A stretch of DNA of 64,000 bases from Acidobacteriota bacterium (GCA_963666215.2 CAXWPL010000005.1:1312001-1376000); one strand, 5' to 3'; counted from the stretch's first letter, positions 38,793 through 48,895 are shown. Notes: a model not told the origin generated them from the letters alone. Numbers and translations: made by a program.

Positions 38793-40731
38793 CTTGCTCA
38801 GAAAACTCGCACCGTTGGAGCCTCGTCGGGTGCCTCGATGGAGACGTGCACTGGACTTTGGAGACGCCAAGACAGTCTCCCTCTTGGAACGTCAGATTGC
38901 CTTCACCGCATATCGACGGCTAGGAGATCCCAGGAAACTCTTCCTGTCGCTGCCTTCGAAGAGAAAGATCGCTGGGCCGATCCGGCTCGGCATGGTCCGG
39001 TACGAAGAGCCCAAGTGGCCGGCCGGCCTCAGGGATTCAGAACTCCTTCAGAACGTAGCTATCTTCGGCCGGTCCGGCGCCGGCAAGACCAACGTCTGCT
39101 TTCATCTTCTCGAACAGCTGGCCCGGAACGAGATCCCGTTCGTCTTTCTGGACTGGAAGCGGACCGGCCGACACTTGATTCCGCTGCTGAAAGGGAAGGT
39201 GAACGTTTTTACTCCCGGTCGCAGCCTTGCGCCGTTCTCGTTCAATCCGCTGCTGCCTCCACCGGGCCTCGAATCCGAGGTCTACACGAACCTCGTAGTC
39301 GACGCGCTTGGTGACGCCTTCACTCTGGGGGACGGTGCTCGCAGCCTCCTGCAACGGGCTCTCCTCGACGAATTCAACGAGGAGAGAGAGCCAACTCTAA
39401 AGTCGCTGCAGGAGAGACTGCGCTCAATTCCCGATCGAGAGCGGGTGAGGGGGTGGAAGATCTCTGCGATGCGGGCTCTCGAAACTGCATCTCTCGCTGT
39501 GCCCAGCACGGACGGATTTACGCAGGCCCGAATGGTCGCGAACCTCCTAGAGAGTAGCTCCATCATCGAGCTCGACGCTCTGTCGGCGGCGAACAAGAGA
39601 TTCCTTCTGCCTCTGCTTTCGCTATGGATTTACCACGCGCGCCTCGCGGCTCCTGAGCGGGAAAAGCTCAAGCTTGTGTTGGTGGTGGAAGAAGCACACC
39701 ACGTTCTTCACCACCACCGAAACCAGCGCGAGTCTGTGATGGAGATGCTCCTCCGGCAATGCCGTGAGATTGGCATGGCGATGATCGTTGTCGATCAGCA
39801 CCCGCACCTCATGTCTAGTGCTGCACTCGGCAACACATACGCCAGCATCTGTCTCAACCTGAAGGACCCGAAAGACATGGCGAAAGCCGGGGCTCTTTCG
39901 TTGATGAGCCCGGACGACGCCAAGCACTTCAGCCGGTTTCCTGTTGGGCGCGGAGTTGTGAAGCTCCAGGACCGATGGCACGAGCCCTTTCTGGTCGACT
40001 TTCCGCTGGTTCCGATCAAGAAGGGGTCCGTCACCGATGAGAGGCTGAGGACCCATCTGCAGAGGAAGGAGGCGCTCTCGGCACCCGCATCCCCTCAGAA
40101 GTCTGCGAACGACGCTCTCGCGCGCTCTCTTGTGCCTGATGAGGCCTGCGAAGAGCTGTCTGCGCTTCTACTCTCTGACATCTATGCTTTTCCGAACGAC
40201 GGTGTTGATAGCCGATACAAGCGCCTCGGTGTGTCCGCCGACAAGGGGCATCGACTCAAGCAGAAGATGCTTGCGCTAGGTGTGATTGAAGAGCAAGAGG
40301 TCTCGGTGGGCTCGACCCGGCGGAAGGTGCTCCGGGCCAATTCGAAGTCCCGATGCTCGAACCGCAGCAAAGGCGAGAGGCCCGAGTCCATTGCCCACGA
40401 GTTCTGGAAGCGTCGCTACGCCGAACGGTTTCGTTGCGAAGGGTACGACGTTGCTCTCGAGGCTGAGCGCAACGAGGGGCGGATGGACGTGCTAGCGAGT
40501 CGGGACTCCGAGAGCGTTGCCATCGAGGTCGAGACTGGCTTGAGCGATGTCTTGCACAACGTCAGGCAAGACCTGCTCTTCGGCGTTTCCCGGGTGGTCG
40601 TCGTTGCCACCGCTGAGAAGGCGTGGGCGAGAGTCCAGCGACAGTTGGAAGGGGCGGGGCTCCTCTCGGGTCGTGTGGACTTGGTTCTTCAGGACGGAAT
40701 CGGAATGTTTGGCGGTCCACCAGACGGTTAG
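38779..40731 (+). CDS. HerA/FtsK/VirB4-clade (DUF87-like) ATPase with C-terminal PD-(D/E)XK-like domain
   Basis: GRSGAGKT, FLDWK, LVVEEAH, QCREIG...DQ; C-terminal ESIAHEFW...MDVLA...AIEVETG. Confidence 0.8.
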   Translation: MKTDDLLRKLAPLEPRRVPRWRRALDFGDAKTVSLLERQIAFTAYRRLGDPRKLFLSLPSKRKIAGPIRLGMVRYEEPKWPAGLRDSELLQNVAIFGRSGAGKTNVCFHLLEQLARNEIPFVFLDWKRTGRHLIPLLKGKVNVFTPGRSLAPFSFNPLLPPPGLESEVYTNLVVDALGDAFTLGDGARSLLQRALLDEFNEEREPTLKSLQERLRSIPDRERVRGWKISAMRALETASLAVPSTDGFTQARMVANLLESSSIIELDALSAANKRFLLPLLSLWIYHARLAAPEREKLKLVLVVEEAHHVLHHHRNQRESVMEMLLRQCREIGMAMIVVDQHPHLMSSAALGNTYASICLNLKDPKDMAKAGALSLMSPDDAKHFSRFPVGRGVVKLQDRWHEPFLVDFPLVPIKKGSVTDERLRTHLQRKEALSAPASPQKSANDALARSLVPDEACEELSALLLSDIYAFPNDGVDSRYKRLGVSADKGHRLKQKMLALGVIEEQEVSVGSTRRKVLRANSKSRCSNRSKGERPESIAHEFWKRRYAERFRCEGYDVALEAERNEGRMDVLASRDSESVAIEVETGLSDVLHNVRQDLLFGVSRVVVVATAEKAWARVQRQLEGAGLLSGRVDLVLQDGIGMFGGPPDG

Positions 40732-40903
40732 TAATCATGAGTCCTTTCGCAATAACCGAATAGGAAGGGAGCCGACGATGTCGCACTTCTGCAGCAATGC
40801 TCCCCCTGAGCGGTAGACTCGGCCGGTCTTTCCGGAATCAACGGCTACCAGAGTTCGCAGCTAGGGTAAAGGCCTAGGCTCGCGGCGGCAGAGGGCTTGC
40901 AGA

Positions 40904-41284
40904 TTGGCGATCGAAACTGGCTGGGTCAAGCCTCCAAGCAGCGCCTCAGGCCTCGATCATCTAGGGGCCCAGGCGCCGTGCATCAACTTGTACGGACAGC
41001 TTCTTCCCGGCATCACAAATGTGACCGACCGGGTTCGCTACTACTCTCTGTACCCCTGGCTGATCTGGGCGATCGACAAAAGCGGTTCCGTATCGACCAA
41101 GCGCGAGTTCCGCCGGCTTTTTCGCCGAGCCGACTGCTTGCTGACTCTCATCGCGGAGGCGATTGCCGGCTCCACTGTTTCTTCGACTGCCTCAGACGCC
41201 GAAGCCGGCGACAATAGTGCTTCTTCCGAGCGGGGTGGACGGCTCGGAGGTGCCCCGTGTCGTTGTGCACCGAGTTGGTTCTAG
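40904..41284 (+). pseudogene. N-terminal fragment of DUF6361-like protein
   Basis: GLDHLG...LYGQLLPGITNVTDRVRYYSLYPW, then degenerates. Confidence 0.45.
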
Positions 41285-41401
41285 CGTCCGCTTGGCCGAT
41301 TTTGGCGTGTCGGGGGACGAGTTTCCTTGGGCGAAGAATCACGTTCGGCAGCTCCGCTTGCCGAACTACCAGTTCCGGTCGTCGTTGCTTGGAGGCTGAA
41401 G

Positions 41402-41995
41402 CTACCCGTGTCGCCCTCCCGGGATCTGCTCCTTCTCAAGGGTGAGCTGAGCGCCGCGTAGGAGCGTGCGCTCCCAATGGTCGGGGGTATAGAACGCCGC
41501 CGGGGTCATCTCTAACTCGGGGAAAGCCTCAATCAGCTTGGCTCGGTAGGCGTCCGCGAGGGCCATCATCTCTTCCGGCGTGAGCGACCCCAGCCTGCGC
41601 ATCAGATCCTGCACGTGGCGTCTCAGTTCCTTCTGCTGGATGCTTGCGTTCAGGGTATCGAGGAGGTGGCGTGTCGTCCGGCCATTCGCTCCGCTCATCC
41701 ACTCATAGGCGGCAATCTCTGGGATCGCGGACCCTCTTCCTCGAAACACGTCGAACAAGAGCTCGCGGGCCCACTTGGTGTCCCAGGGGTCAGGCGGAAT
41801 GAGCCCGTATTCCGCCCGATGTAGATGCCTCACGAAGCGGGTCACTTCGCTGAATAGCTCGCCTGAATCTGCCGGGATCAGGCACTCTGGAACATAGTCT
41901 TCGCGGATACGCTCGTACTTGAGCATCAGGTCCCGAAGGACTGTCCAGGAGAGCTTCTGGCGGATGAGGTCCAGAGCCTCGGTGACCCTGCTCAC
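41402..41995 (-). CDS. Hypothetical helical protein, paralogue 2
   Basis: GTG overlaps upstream stop (GTGA); similar pattern to 41992-42576. Confidence 0.7.
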   Translation of the reverse strand: MSRVTEALDLIRQKLSWTVLRDLMLKYERIREDYVPECLIPADSGELFSEVTRFVRHLHRAEYGLIPPDPWDTKWARELLFDVFRGRGSAIPEIAAYEWMSGANGRTTRHLLDTLNASIQQKELRRHVQDLMRRLGSLTPEEMMALADAYRAKLIEAFPELEMTPAAFYTPDHWERTLLRGAQLTLEKEQIPGGRHG

Positions 41996-42576
41996 ATCTT
42001 CTTGTGGATCCCGACGACCTGCTCAACGAGCGCTCTGTAGTAATCCAGCGCCGCACGGGTGTTCCAGGCGAAGGTGTCTTCGTCGAACTCGTGGTCGGCA
42101 CGGGTCAGGATCGACCCGAAGCGGTTGTAGAAAGCCCGGGAGAGTTCCTTGCTGTGTTCTTTCGAGAGCACATCAATGTGTTCATGGAAGACGTCGTCGA
42201 GGTGGTTGCCGAGCGCTCGCCGCTTCAAACCGTCGGCGATCTCGTTCAGGATTCCCCTCATGCCACCGTCTGTGCCGTCGTGCGCCATCTGTTGGGCGCG
42301 AGGGTAGCCCTCCTGGTAGCGATCTTGTTCGTAGGCCCGATCGAGAATGCCCTTGGCGGTGCCGAAAGCCGCTGAGTCGCTCGGCTCTCCCTCTCCGGTG
42401 CTTACCATGTGGTGCTTCACGTAGGCGGTCACGATGTACTTGAACTTGTCGTGTTCCTCCACGATCATCTGAGGGGAGTTGAAAGACTCCCGCGCCAGGT
42501 CGTGCTGAGACAGCACTGACCTATTGATGTAGTCCTGGCCGATCAGGTCGAGGATCTTGTCGAGATCAACGCTCAT
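41992..42576 (-). CDS. Hypothetical helical protein, paralogue 1
   Basis: MSVDLDKIL start overlaps ATPase stop; HDLARESF, AHDGTDGGMRGILNEIADGLK. Confidence 0.78.
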   Translation of the reverse strand: MSVDLDKILDLIGQDYINRSVLSQHDLARESFNSPQMIVEEHDKFKYIVTAYVKHHMVSTGEGEPSDSAAFGTAKGILDRAYEQDRYQEGYPRAQQMAHDGTDGGMRGILNEIADGLKRRALGNHLDDVFHEHIDVLSKEHSKELSRAFYNRFGSILTRADHEFDEDTFAWNTRAALDYYRALVEQVVGIHKKM

Positions 42577-45046
42577 TGTTGTCGGGATCCGGCTCGAAAC
42601 GGTCGTATACGCGGGGTCTTCTGGGGCGCATTGTATCGGCAGTTCCTTCTGTCCGCACTGAAGCGTAGTGTGTTTGAGCATACTCCAGCGCGGCGCGAGC
42701 GGGATCTCTGACTCTCCGGAGCGTTGTAAGTTCGGTCTTCAGTGAAGCGACCTGAGTGCCACTAGCGACGAAGGCCTCGCCGACGCCGAGCTGGCGGAAC
42801 GAGGCCTCGTCAATGGATCCGCCCAGGATCCGCCGGGCGTGCCGGTAGTCCTCTTCGGTGGGTCGGAAGATAATTTTGGTGGCGGCGTTCCCAATTGCCT
42901 GGGCCAGAGTGCCACGGAGTTGCCCTCGCTCTTGGTGAGCCAGAACCACCGCGAGCCCGTACTTCCTACCCTCGGCAAGGATGTTTGCGATGGTCGCTGC
43001 CTGGAGTTCTTGGAACTCGTCGATGTAGAGGGGAAACGGACGTCGTTCCTTCTCGGGAATGTCGGCACGTGTGAGCGCTGCCCTGAAGATGAGCGAGATG
43101 AGAAGGCTTCCCACGAAATGTGCGTGGTCGGCACCGATACGTCCCGAGGCCAGGTTGACGAGGACGATCTTGCCTTCATCCATCCATTCGCGGGGATGGA
43201 GCGAGTTCTCTTTCTGCCGAAACATCGCGCCGAGCTGGTCGTCGAGAAGGATCCTGCTCAGCTTGTTGCGGACACTCGCAAGCTCTGAGGGGCTGAACTT
43301 CGGTAGCTCTTGCGTGAGGAACCGCTGAACCTGGGAATTCGGGATCGTCTCGAGGGCCGTTTGTCGGAGGAGCTCCCCTTGAGAGGTCTGGCCTGCGAGT
43401 TCGGCGAAGTCCTCCAGCGTTCCTCCCAGTTGGTGAACGGTGTAGGCCAACATCCGAAAGTTGTGCTCCATTCGGGGACCGGAAGTACTCGTCTGGGCGA
43501 GAAAGGCGCCGGTAATATCGTCCGCCAGCTTTCCGGCCGGCAAGTCGCTCTGGAGGGGATTCCACCGTGGCACCAACCCCTCTTCCGAGAACGAGATGTA
43601 GATGAGATCCGGCATCCTCCCTTCCGGCAACCTGGAGAGAATGTCCATGCACAGATCGCCGTGGGGATCAACCAAGCAGAACCCAAGCCCACCGGCCGCA
43701 TCGTCGCAGGCCATTCGCTCGATGAGCTTCGACTTGCCCATTCCGGTAACCCCTGCCACGTAGGTGTGACGGGCTCGGACATTCATCGGAATCTCGACCG
43801 GCCGGACCACGCCGGCGAATTCGTTGTAGCCGAGTTGAGTAGAGGGGGCCGTCCTGTCCGGCGGGTGAGGGCTCCACTCGAGCCCTCGGCGTTGCTGGAA
43901 GGCAGGGATCATTGCGAGCGAACGAGCGTTCGGGATGTGAACGAGGCTGGCAACCTCCTGAGAGGTCAGCATCAGACCCGGCCGGTGGGTCAGACGCCTG
44001 GCCACCATTCGCTCCAGTTCATGAGCGGAAAGCGGGCCAGAATTCTCGCTGAGACTCAACGTCCTGAAGGCCCGGTTTCCGAAGCGCAGCAAGCCGATAG
44101 CTGGAGCCATACCCTGGGCGAAGGCGCTTCTCGCGGTCTGGTTGTCGGACCAGATGGCGTACCTGGCGACCACGGCATAGAAGGCGACATCAATACGGAC
44201 TTTCTCGGGAACCGCTGCATCAGGCAAAGGAGGCATGATCGCGTCGTACTGGAACTTGGAAGACAGTCCGCCGAGGTGAGACAGGTGAGCGGCACGTTCC
44301 TCAGCGAGTGAGAGTTTCTCCACGTTGTAATGCCAGTCATGAGTAGGGTCTGCCGGACAGATCAACACTTGAAGAATGCCTCGGTCAGAAGGCAGCAGAG
44401 CACCAATAGCAGATGCAGCAATACCAAGAGGGCTTGCACCTTCTCTACCGAGAAGTGTCAAGCATCGGTGATACGGGCCGACCGGCACAATCTCGTGGAC
44501 TGCAGCAGGAGGGGTCAAGGGAAACGGAGAAGTCTGCTGTCGAAGTCGTAGGGCAGGGAAGTGTCCAAGGACTGCAGACCGGAATCCTGCTTCCTGGTCG
44601 AACGGAACACCAAACCGAACGGAGACGTGTCCACCAGCTCCGAATAGCTCGAAGGCAAAGGTGCCACGCAAGACCGAGAGTGCCCGCAGCAGAGTCTCCA
44701 TCCAGCCTATCGTTAGGAGATCCTCTTCGGCTGGGTAGAGATCGAAGGTGATGTAGTCAGTGGAAGCCGACGGCTGGTTGTCGTCGAGCGACGTGCCTAG
44801 TCGTGTGCTGCCTTCAAGGATCAGCTTCGAATCGAACGGCATGTAGGCCGGCTCCAGGGCACAGGGCTCGGAACAAAGGAATGGCGAACAGCCTTTACTG
44901 CTCTCTTTCTCCAGGGCCTGCTCCAGGAGGCCGACTCCGATGGCGTTGAAAGCCTTGTGGATAACTACGCTTTGAGCGTTTCTCATGGGCTCTGCCTTCG
45001 AGGGCTCGTCCTTTGTGGCGTCTCCGAAAGGAAACTCTGCGGACAA
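42566..45046 (-). CDS. VirD4/TraD/TrwB-like (coupling-protein type) ATPase with long N-terminal domain; start uncertain
   Basis: HTYVAGVTGMGKS, VDPHGD, LYIDEFQ, EGRKYGLAVVLAHQ. Confidence 0.85.
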   Translation of the reverse strand: MSAEFPFGDATKDEPSKAEPMRNAQSVVIHKAFNAIGVGLLEQALEKESSKGCSPFLCSEPCALEPAYMPFDSKLILEGSTRLGTSLDDNQPSASTDYITFDLYPAEEDLLTIGWMETLLRALSVLRGTFAFELFGAGGHVSVRFGVPFDQEAGFRSAVLGHFPALRLRQQTSPFPLTPPAAVHEIVPVGPYHRCLTLLGREGASPLGIAASAIGALLPSDRGILQVLICPADPTHDWHYNVEKLSLAEERAAHLSHLGGLSSKFQYDAIMPPLPDAAVPEKVRIDVAFYAVVARYAIWSDNQTARSAFAQGMAPAIGLLRFGNRAFRTLSLSENSGPLSAHELERMVARRLTHRPGLMLTSQEVASLVHIPNARSLAMIPAFQQRRGLEWSPHPPDRTAPSTQLGYNEFAGVVRPVEIPMNVRARHTYVAGVTGMGKSKLIERMACDDAAGGLGFCLVDPHGDLCMDILSRLPEGRMPDLIYISFSEEGLVPRWNPLQSDLPAGKLADDITGAFLAQTSTSGPRMEHNFRMLAYTVHQLGGTLEDFAELAGQTSQGELLRQTALETIPNSQVQRFLTQELPKFSPSELASVRNKLSRILLDDQLGAMFRQKENSLHPREWMDEGKIVLVNLASGRIGADHAHFVGSLLISLIFRAALTRADIPEKERRPFPLYIDEFQELQAATIANILAEGRKYGLAVVLAHQERGQLRGTLAQAIGNAATKIIFRPTEEDYRHARRILGGSIDEASFRQLGVGEAFVASGTQVASLKTELTTLRRVRDPARAALEYAQTHYASVRTEGTADTMRPRRPRVYDRFEPDPDNNER

Positions 45047-45479
45047 GTAAGTCGTGCACTATCCAGCACGACAAGTCGTTGCGGCTTGGGCGTTGGGAGC
45101 GCCTCGGGTGGTTCGTTCGACAGACCACCTAGCATGGCGAGACATCTCGGCCGGCGCGAAAGGAGAAGCGCGAGCCCGGGCAGCAAGCCTCGCTTCTCAC
45201 AGTCCTTCCCTCTCGAAGCCAGCTTGGTCACTCACCCAGGTTAGGGCTGCGCTTGGTCGCTGTAAACCTGGCCATGGCAGAAACCGAGGAGAAAGTCGGG
45301 GATCATTTCTGGTAGGACTTTCGCGGCGAGGTGATCCCTCTTACATTCCAAGGACTATCTCCCGAGTTCGTCGTTTTGTTGCTCGCGGACCGACGACTGA
45401 TTACCCCGCACAACTCGGGAGGTACGGACCCTCACTCGTGGGCAACCCTGATGACGGCCGAGAGCCCCTAGACGCGGAG

Positions 45480-45690
45480 CTCAACGTGCTGCGAACCGTA
45501 TTCCGGCTCACACCCAGCTCTACAGCCACCGAACGCCGGCTCCGGCCCTCGATCAGCACCTTGTAGCGGATAACATGAACCTGATCCATGCTCAGCATCC
45601 TTCCTCCAGTAGCTCAGTCCGTAGACAAGACCAAGCTACCGGCGTTAGGGCCGGGGGTGGATCACTTTCTAAACGTTGGGTGGATCAATT
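45480..45690 (-). mobile_element. IS21 left-end remnant with istA 5' fragment
   Basis: MLSMDQVHVIRYKVLIEGRSRRSVAVELGVSRNTVR; repeated gatccaccc end motifs. Confidence 0.7.
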
Positions 45691-46151
45691 TCCGAGCGAT
45701 GCGCCCACCTTGAGCTCGACGAGATGGTAGATGTTCGGGACAGTGTCTAACGAGATCCAGGGCGGCGTGCGCGTCTGAAACTGTAGGCCGCAGAAGAACG
45801 GATCCCGACCAGCCCGAGAGAAGGCTGCTACACCGCGCGTGTCTCGGTGTAGTCCTGTGGCGAGAAACGCGCGAATCCGATCCAGAGCCGTCTCAAGGTG
45901 CTCGACCTCTCGCCTCTCGCGATCCGCTGGAGCAGGGCAACGCGATGCTCGAGCATCGACTCCCACGCCTCTCTCCCCGCTTCGATATCGAGGTAACAAC
46001 TCAGAACCGGGGCATCACTTTCCGGCAGCGCTGCTAGAACCCGAACGTGAGACGCCAGTTCCTCCGTTGTTCGCACTAGGACTAGGTTGCTAGTCGCTGG
46101 AGTCATGGGCTCGTAGCACGGCGGGCTGGTCGTTGTGGTTAGTTCGCTCAT
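45685..46151 (-). pseudogene. baeRF (eRF1-like) family protein, N-terminal fragment
   Basis: ESDAPVLSCYLD...RGVAAFSRAG...FQ...PNIYHLVELK across a frameshift. Confidence 0.6.
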
Positions 46152-46265
46152 CGATTTGGGCTCCTGCATTTGAACTCTTGGTGTTACCCGCGTCGGTGTG
46201 AGTGCCCGAACCGGGTGCCCTCCCGCACGACCTTGCACCGACGGTACGGGACCAGCCATCCATTA

Positions 46266-46308
46266 ATCAAGAGAGAATGATCGAATGTTTCGTTCGTTTT
46301 TTCACGAA
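46266..46308 (-). promoter_or_regulatory. LysR/NhaR-type operator-promoter motif, copy 1
   Basis: atcaagagagaatgatcgaatgtttcgttcgttttttcacgaa; homologous to three other copies. Confidence 0.6.
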
Positions 46309-46524
46309 ATAGTGATGTCGATTCCATTCCTCATCTGGAAGGAGAGCGTCTAGGCGTCTCCCGCAGTAGCGGGAGGAAGACGACGTCCGTGCCACTCGTT
46401 CGCGTTCACCAGGGCTCCAGGGCTGGCTGTGGATCTAGTTGCCGTCATTCTCGGAGGTGAGTTCTTGATAGCGTGACTCTGTCGCTCTCTCGTCCGGTGG
46501 CTCACCCATCGCGAATTTGTCTTT

Positions 46525-46614
46525 GTGGAGACGGCGCTGGGCGTCGAGATCGTCGACGAGACTGACTTCTTCGAGGACCTTCGAGCTGAGGCTCGAGACG
46601 AGCGCCTACGGTAG
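46525..46614 (+). pseudogene. CNNM/CBS protein C-terminal remnant
   Basis: ETALGVEIVDETDFFEDLRAEAR. Confidence 0.45.
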
Positions 46615-46792
46615 CCGGGCCTCGAGTGGCGTGGGCTCAACGACGACACTAGCCAGCATGCTGGCAATCCAGCCGATGGCGGATGCTCGTCCGGCCGTCG
46701 TCACTAGCATCCAGCTGAGGACCGCGCTCGGCCGCGGCCCAAAACGGGTGCCTCCCAGGTCCGCTTCCCTGTAGGACCCAAAGGACAGACAC

Positions 46793-47761
46793 TCACTCCT
46801 GAAGTGCTTCTAGAGAACGCAGCTCAGTCCGACCTGGATCGAGCTGAATAGGAGTCTCAAATCCTGGCGGCTTGATGGTGAGAACCGAGCTCGTGATGCG
46901 TTGCAGAACTCTCTCGGCCGTGTTTCCGATGAAAACTCCTGCGACTCCTGTTCGGGACAACGTCCCCATCACCGTGAGATCTGCGCGGTTGGCCGAGTTG
47001 ACCAGGACGTCAGAAGGACGGCCATGCTCGACGCGGAGCTGAGGCTTGATGGTTAGCGTGCCGCACTTGGCCATCAGTCCTTCGATCTGTGTGTACGCGA
47101 GGCGATGTGCAGTGCCTCTGTAGTTCTTTAGGTTCTCTTTGAGGGCGCTTGCACGGGGGCCGCTCAACTCCGATTCATAGGGAAGCCACAGGGCATGGAG
47201 CACCTTTAGAGAGCTCTTGGAACGCTCGGCGAGCGTAGAGGCGAGCTGAAGAATCGCGACGTTGAGACCATTCTCCTCGTTTCCCTGAGGGTCGGGATCT
47301 ACGGCCGCAAGAACCCTGCCACAGTTACGGGCATCGCTAGACTTGACAACCCAGACGGGGCACGGACATTTGCGCATGAGATGGAGCCCGGTGCTCCCGA
47401 AAAGCCCCCCTTCATGTTCCTCGGCGCTCTTGATTACTAAGTCGTGGCCGCCACGGAGAACCTCCCGAATCAACTCGACGAACGGTCTTCCTGTCGGTAG
47501 GAGTGTCTTGACGCGAAGTCCTGAGGCTGCGACGTCAGCCGCGAGAGCTTTGAGTTCCCGGTCCTTCTCAAGGGTGAGGAGATGGCCAAGGCGTGCCTGC
47601 CCGGGTACAACTAACCAGGGTCCGACCGGGCTCTCCGGGAGAACATCGATGAGCGTAAGGACCGCTCCGTTGGCCCGTGCCAGCTCCCCAGCGCGCTGGA
47701 GCGCGGGCTGTGGATCTACGTCGTCGCCAACGTAGCAGAGGATCTTCTTGAAGCGGTCCAT
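46793..47761 (-). CDS. Tandem-domain universal stress protein (UspE-like)
   Basis: MDRFKKIL, GSTGLHLMRKCPCPVWVVK, MGTLSRTGVAGVFIGNTAERVL. Confidence 0.9.
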   Translation of the reverse strand: MDRFKKILCYVGDDVDPQPALQRAGELARANGAVLTLIDVLPESPVGPWLVVPGQARLGHLLTLEKDRELKALAADVAASGLRVKTLLPTGRPFVELIREVLRGGHDLVIKSAEEHEGGLFGSTGLHLMRKCPCPVWVVKSSDARNCGRVLAAVDPDPQGNEENGLNVAILQLASTLAERSKSSLKVLHALWLPYESELSGPRASALKENLKNYRGTAHRLAYTQIEGLMAKCGTLTIKPQLRVEHGRPSDVLVNSANRADLTVMGTLSRTGVAGVFIGNTAERVLQRITSSVLTIKPPGFETPIQLDPGRTELRSLEALQE

Positions 47762-47867
47762 CGTCTCTCTTGGTCTCGGGGCTTGGAGGGTCAGACCCAA
47801 GGGCCAGGGCGTTGCTTGAGTGAACCTCCCAACGGTTCTCTTGACAGTACGTAGAAGCAGACATGTG

Positions 47868-47909
47868 ATCAAGAAAGAATAAACTAACAATCCGTTCCCC
47901 CTGAGCGAA
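47868..47909 (-). promoter_or_regulatory. Operator-promoter motif, copy 2 (upstream of USP1)
   Basis: atcaagaaagaataaactaacaatccgttccccctgagcgaa. Confidence 0.5.
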
Positions 47910-47944
47910 AGGGCGACTTCGAGGGAGGACTAGGCTGCCGCCTC

Positions 47945-48847
47945 CTACGTTTCGACCTCGGCAGCGGCATCGCAGATCGCCTGGACGGCCGGATGCTCTA
48001 GCTGCCGCTCGACGGTGACGGCGTAATAGCTTACGTGGGTACCCACGAGCGAGCCCAGGTGGTCGACGCCAGCTCTTCGCTTGAGGTCGTTTGCCGTTAT
48101 CGACGGCGCCGGGAAGAGTCCAGCACCGATCTCGCCGAAGGCTCGCATCAGGGCTCCGTCTTCGAACTCTCCTACGACTCGCGGTTGGAGTTCCCGCAAT
48201 TCTAGCCAGCGACTAAACGATCGCCGGATGGAAGAGTCAGGCGTGGGCAGGAGAACAGGGGCTCCCTCAAGAGATTCCGGGAAGTTATCCAAGTACCGTT
48301 GAACCAGGTCTGGAGTTCCGAAGATCCCGATATCAGACTCTCGGAGGAGCCGACTAAAGGCGATGATGTTGGATCTCGGGTCGACGGGAGCATCGAGGAG
48401 AATCAGATCAAAACGATGCAGCGCCAACTCAGCGAGAAGAGGCTCGGGGCTACCCTCTCGACAGGTGAACCGGATCTCCGGAGAAACAGCGAAAGCAGGC
48501 TCTAGGAGCATCGTGGCGACTAGCTTTGGCACCGCATCCGCGATTCCCACCTGGAGTCTGAGCGGGCCGGACGAATCCCAGCCTGTGAGGGCGTGGGTCA
48601 GCTCACGGCCGAGCCCGAAAATCTGATCGGCGTAGCGAAAGGCGATCTGACCGACATCGGTCAGGCGAACGTTCCTTCCCACCCTCCGGAATAGCTTCAC
48701 CTGGAGCGACTTCTCCAGCTGGCTGATCTGGGCGCTGATTGTCGACGGCGAGTGATCTAGCACTTCGCCGGCGTGCGAGATTCCTCCCTCTCTGGCCGCC
48801 ATCCAGAAGTAGTAGAGGTGCTGGAAGTTCAGGAACGGAATCGCCAT
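47945..48847 (-). CDS. nhaR: LysR family activator, NhaR-like
   Basis: LNFQHLYYFWMAAREGGI, QVGIADAVPKLVA, GEFEDGALMRAFG. Confidence 0.85.
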   Translation of the reverse strand: MAIPFLNFQHLYYFWMAAREGGISHAGEVLDHSPSTISAQISQLEKSLQVKLFRRVGRNVRLTDVGQIAFRYADQIFGLGRELTHALTGWDSSGPLRLQVGIADAVPKLVATMLLEPAFAVSPEIRFTCREGSPEPLLAELALHRFDLILLDAPVDPRSNIIAFSRLLRESDIGIFGTPDLVQRYLDNFPESLEGAPVLLPTPDSSIRRSFSRWLELRELQPRVVGEFEDGALMRAFGEIGAGLFPAPSITANDLKRRAGVDHLGSLVGTHVSYYAVTVERQLEHPAVQAICDAAAEVET

Positions 48848-48852
48848 CGTTA

Positions 48853-48895
48853 GTGTGGAAAAAACGAACGTAACCTTCGATCTTTCTTTCTTGAT
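48853..48895 (+). promoter_or_regulatory. Operator-promoter motif, copy 3 (divergent from nhaR)
   Basis: ggaaaaaacgaacgtaaccttcgatctttctttcttgat is the reverse complement of the motif. Confidence 0.6.
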
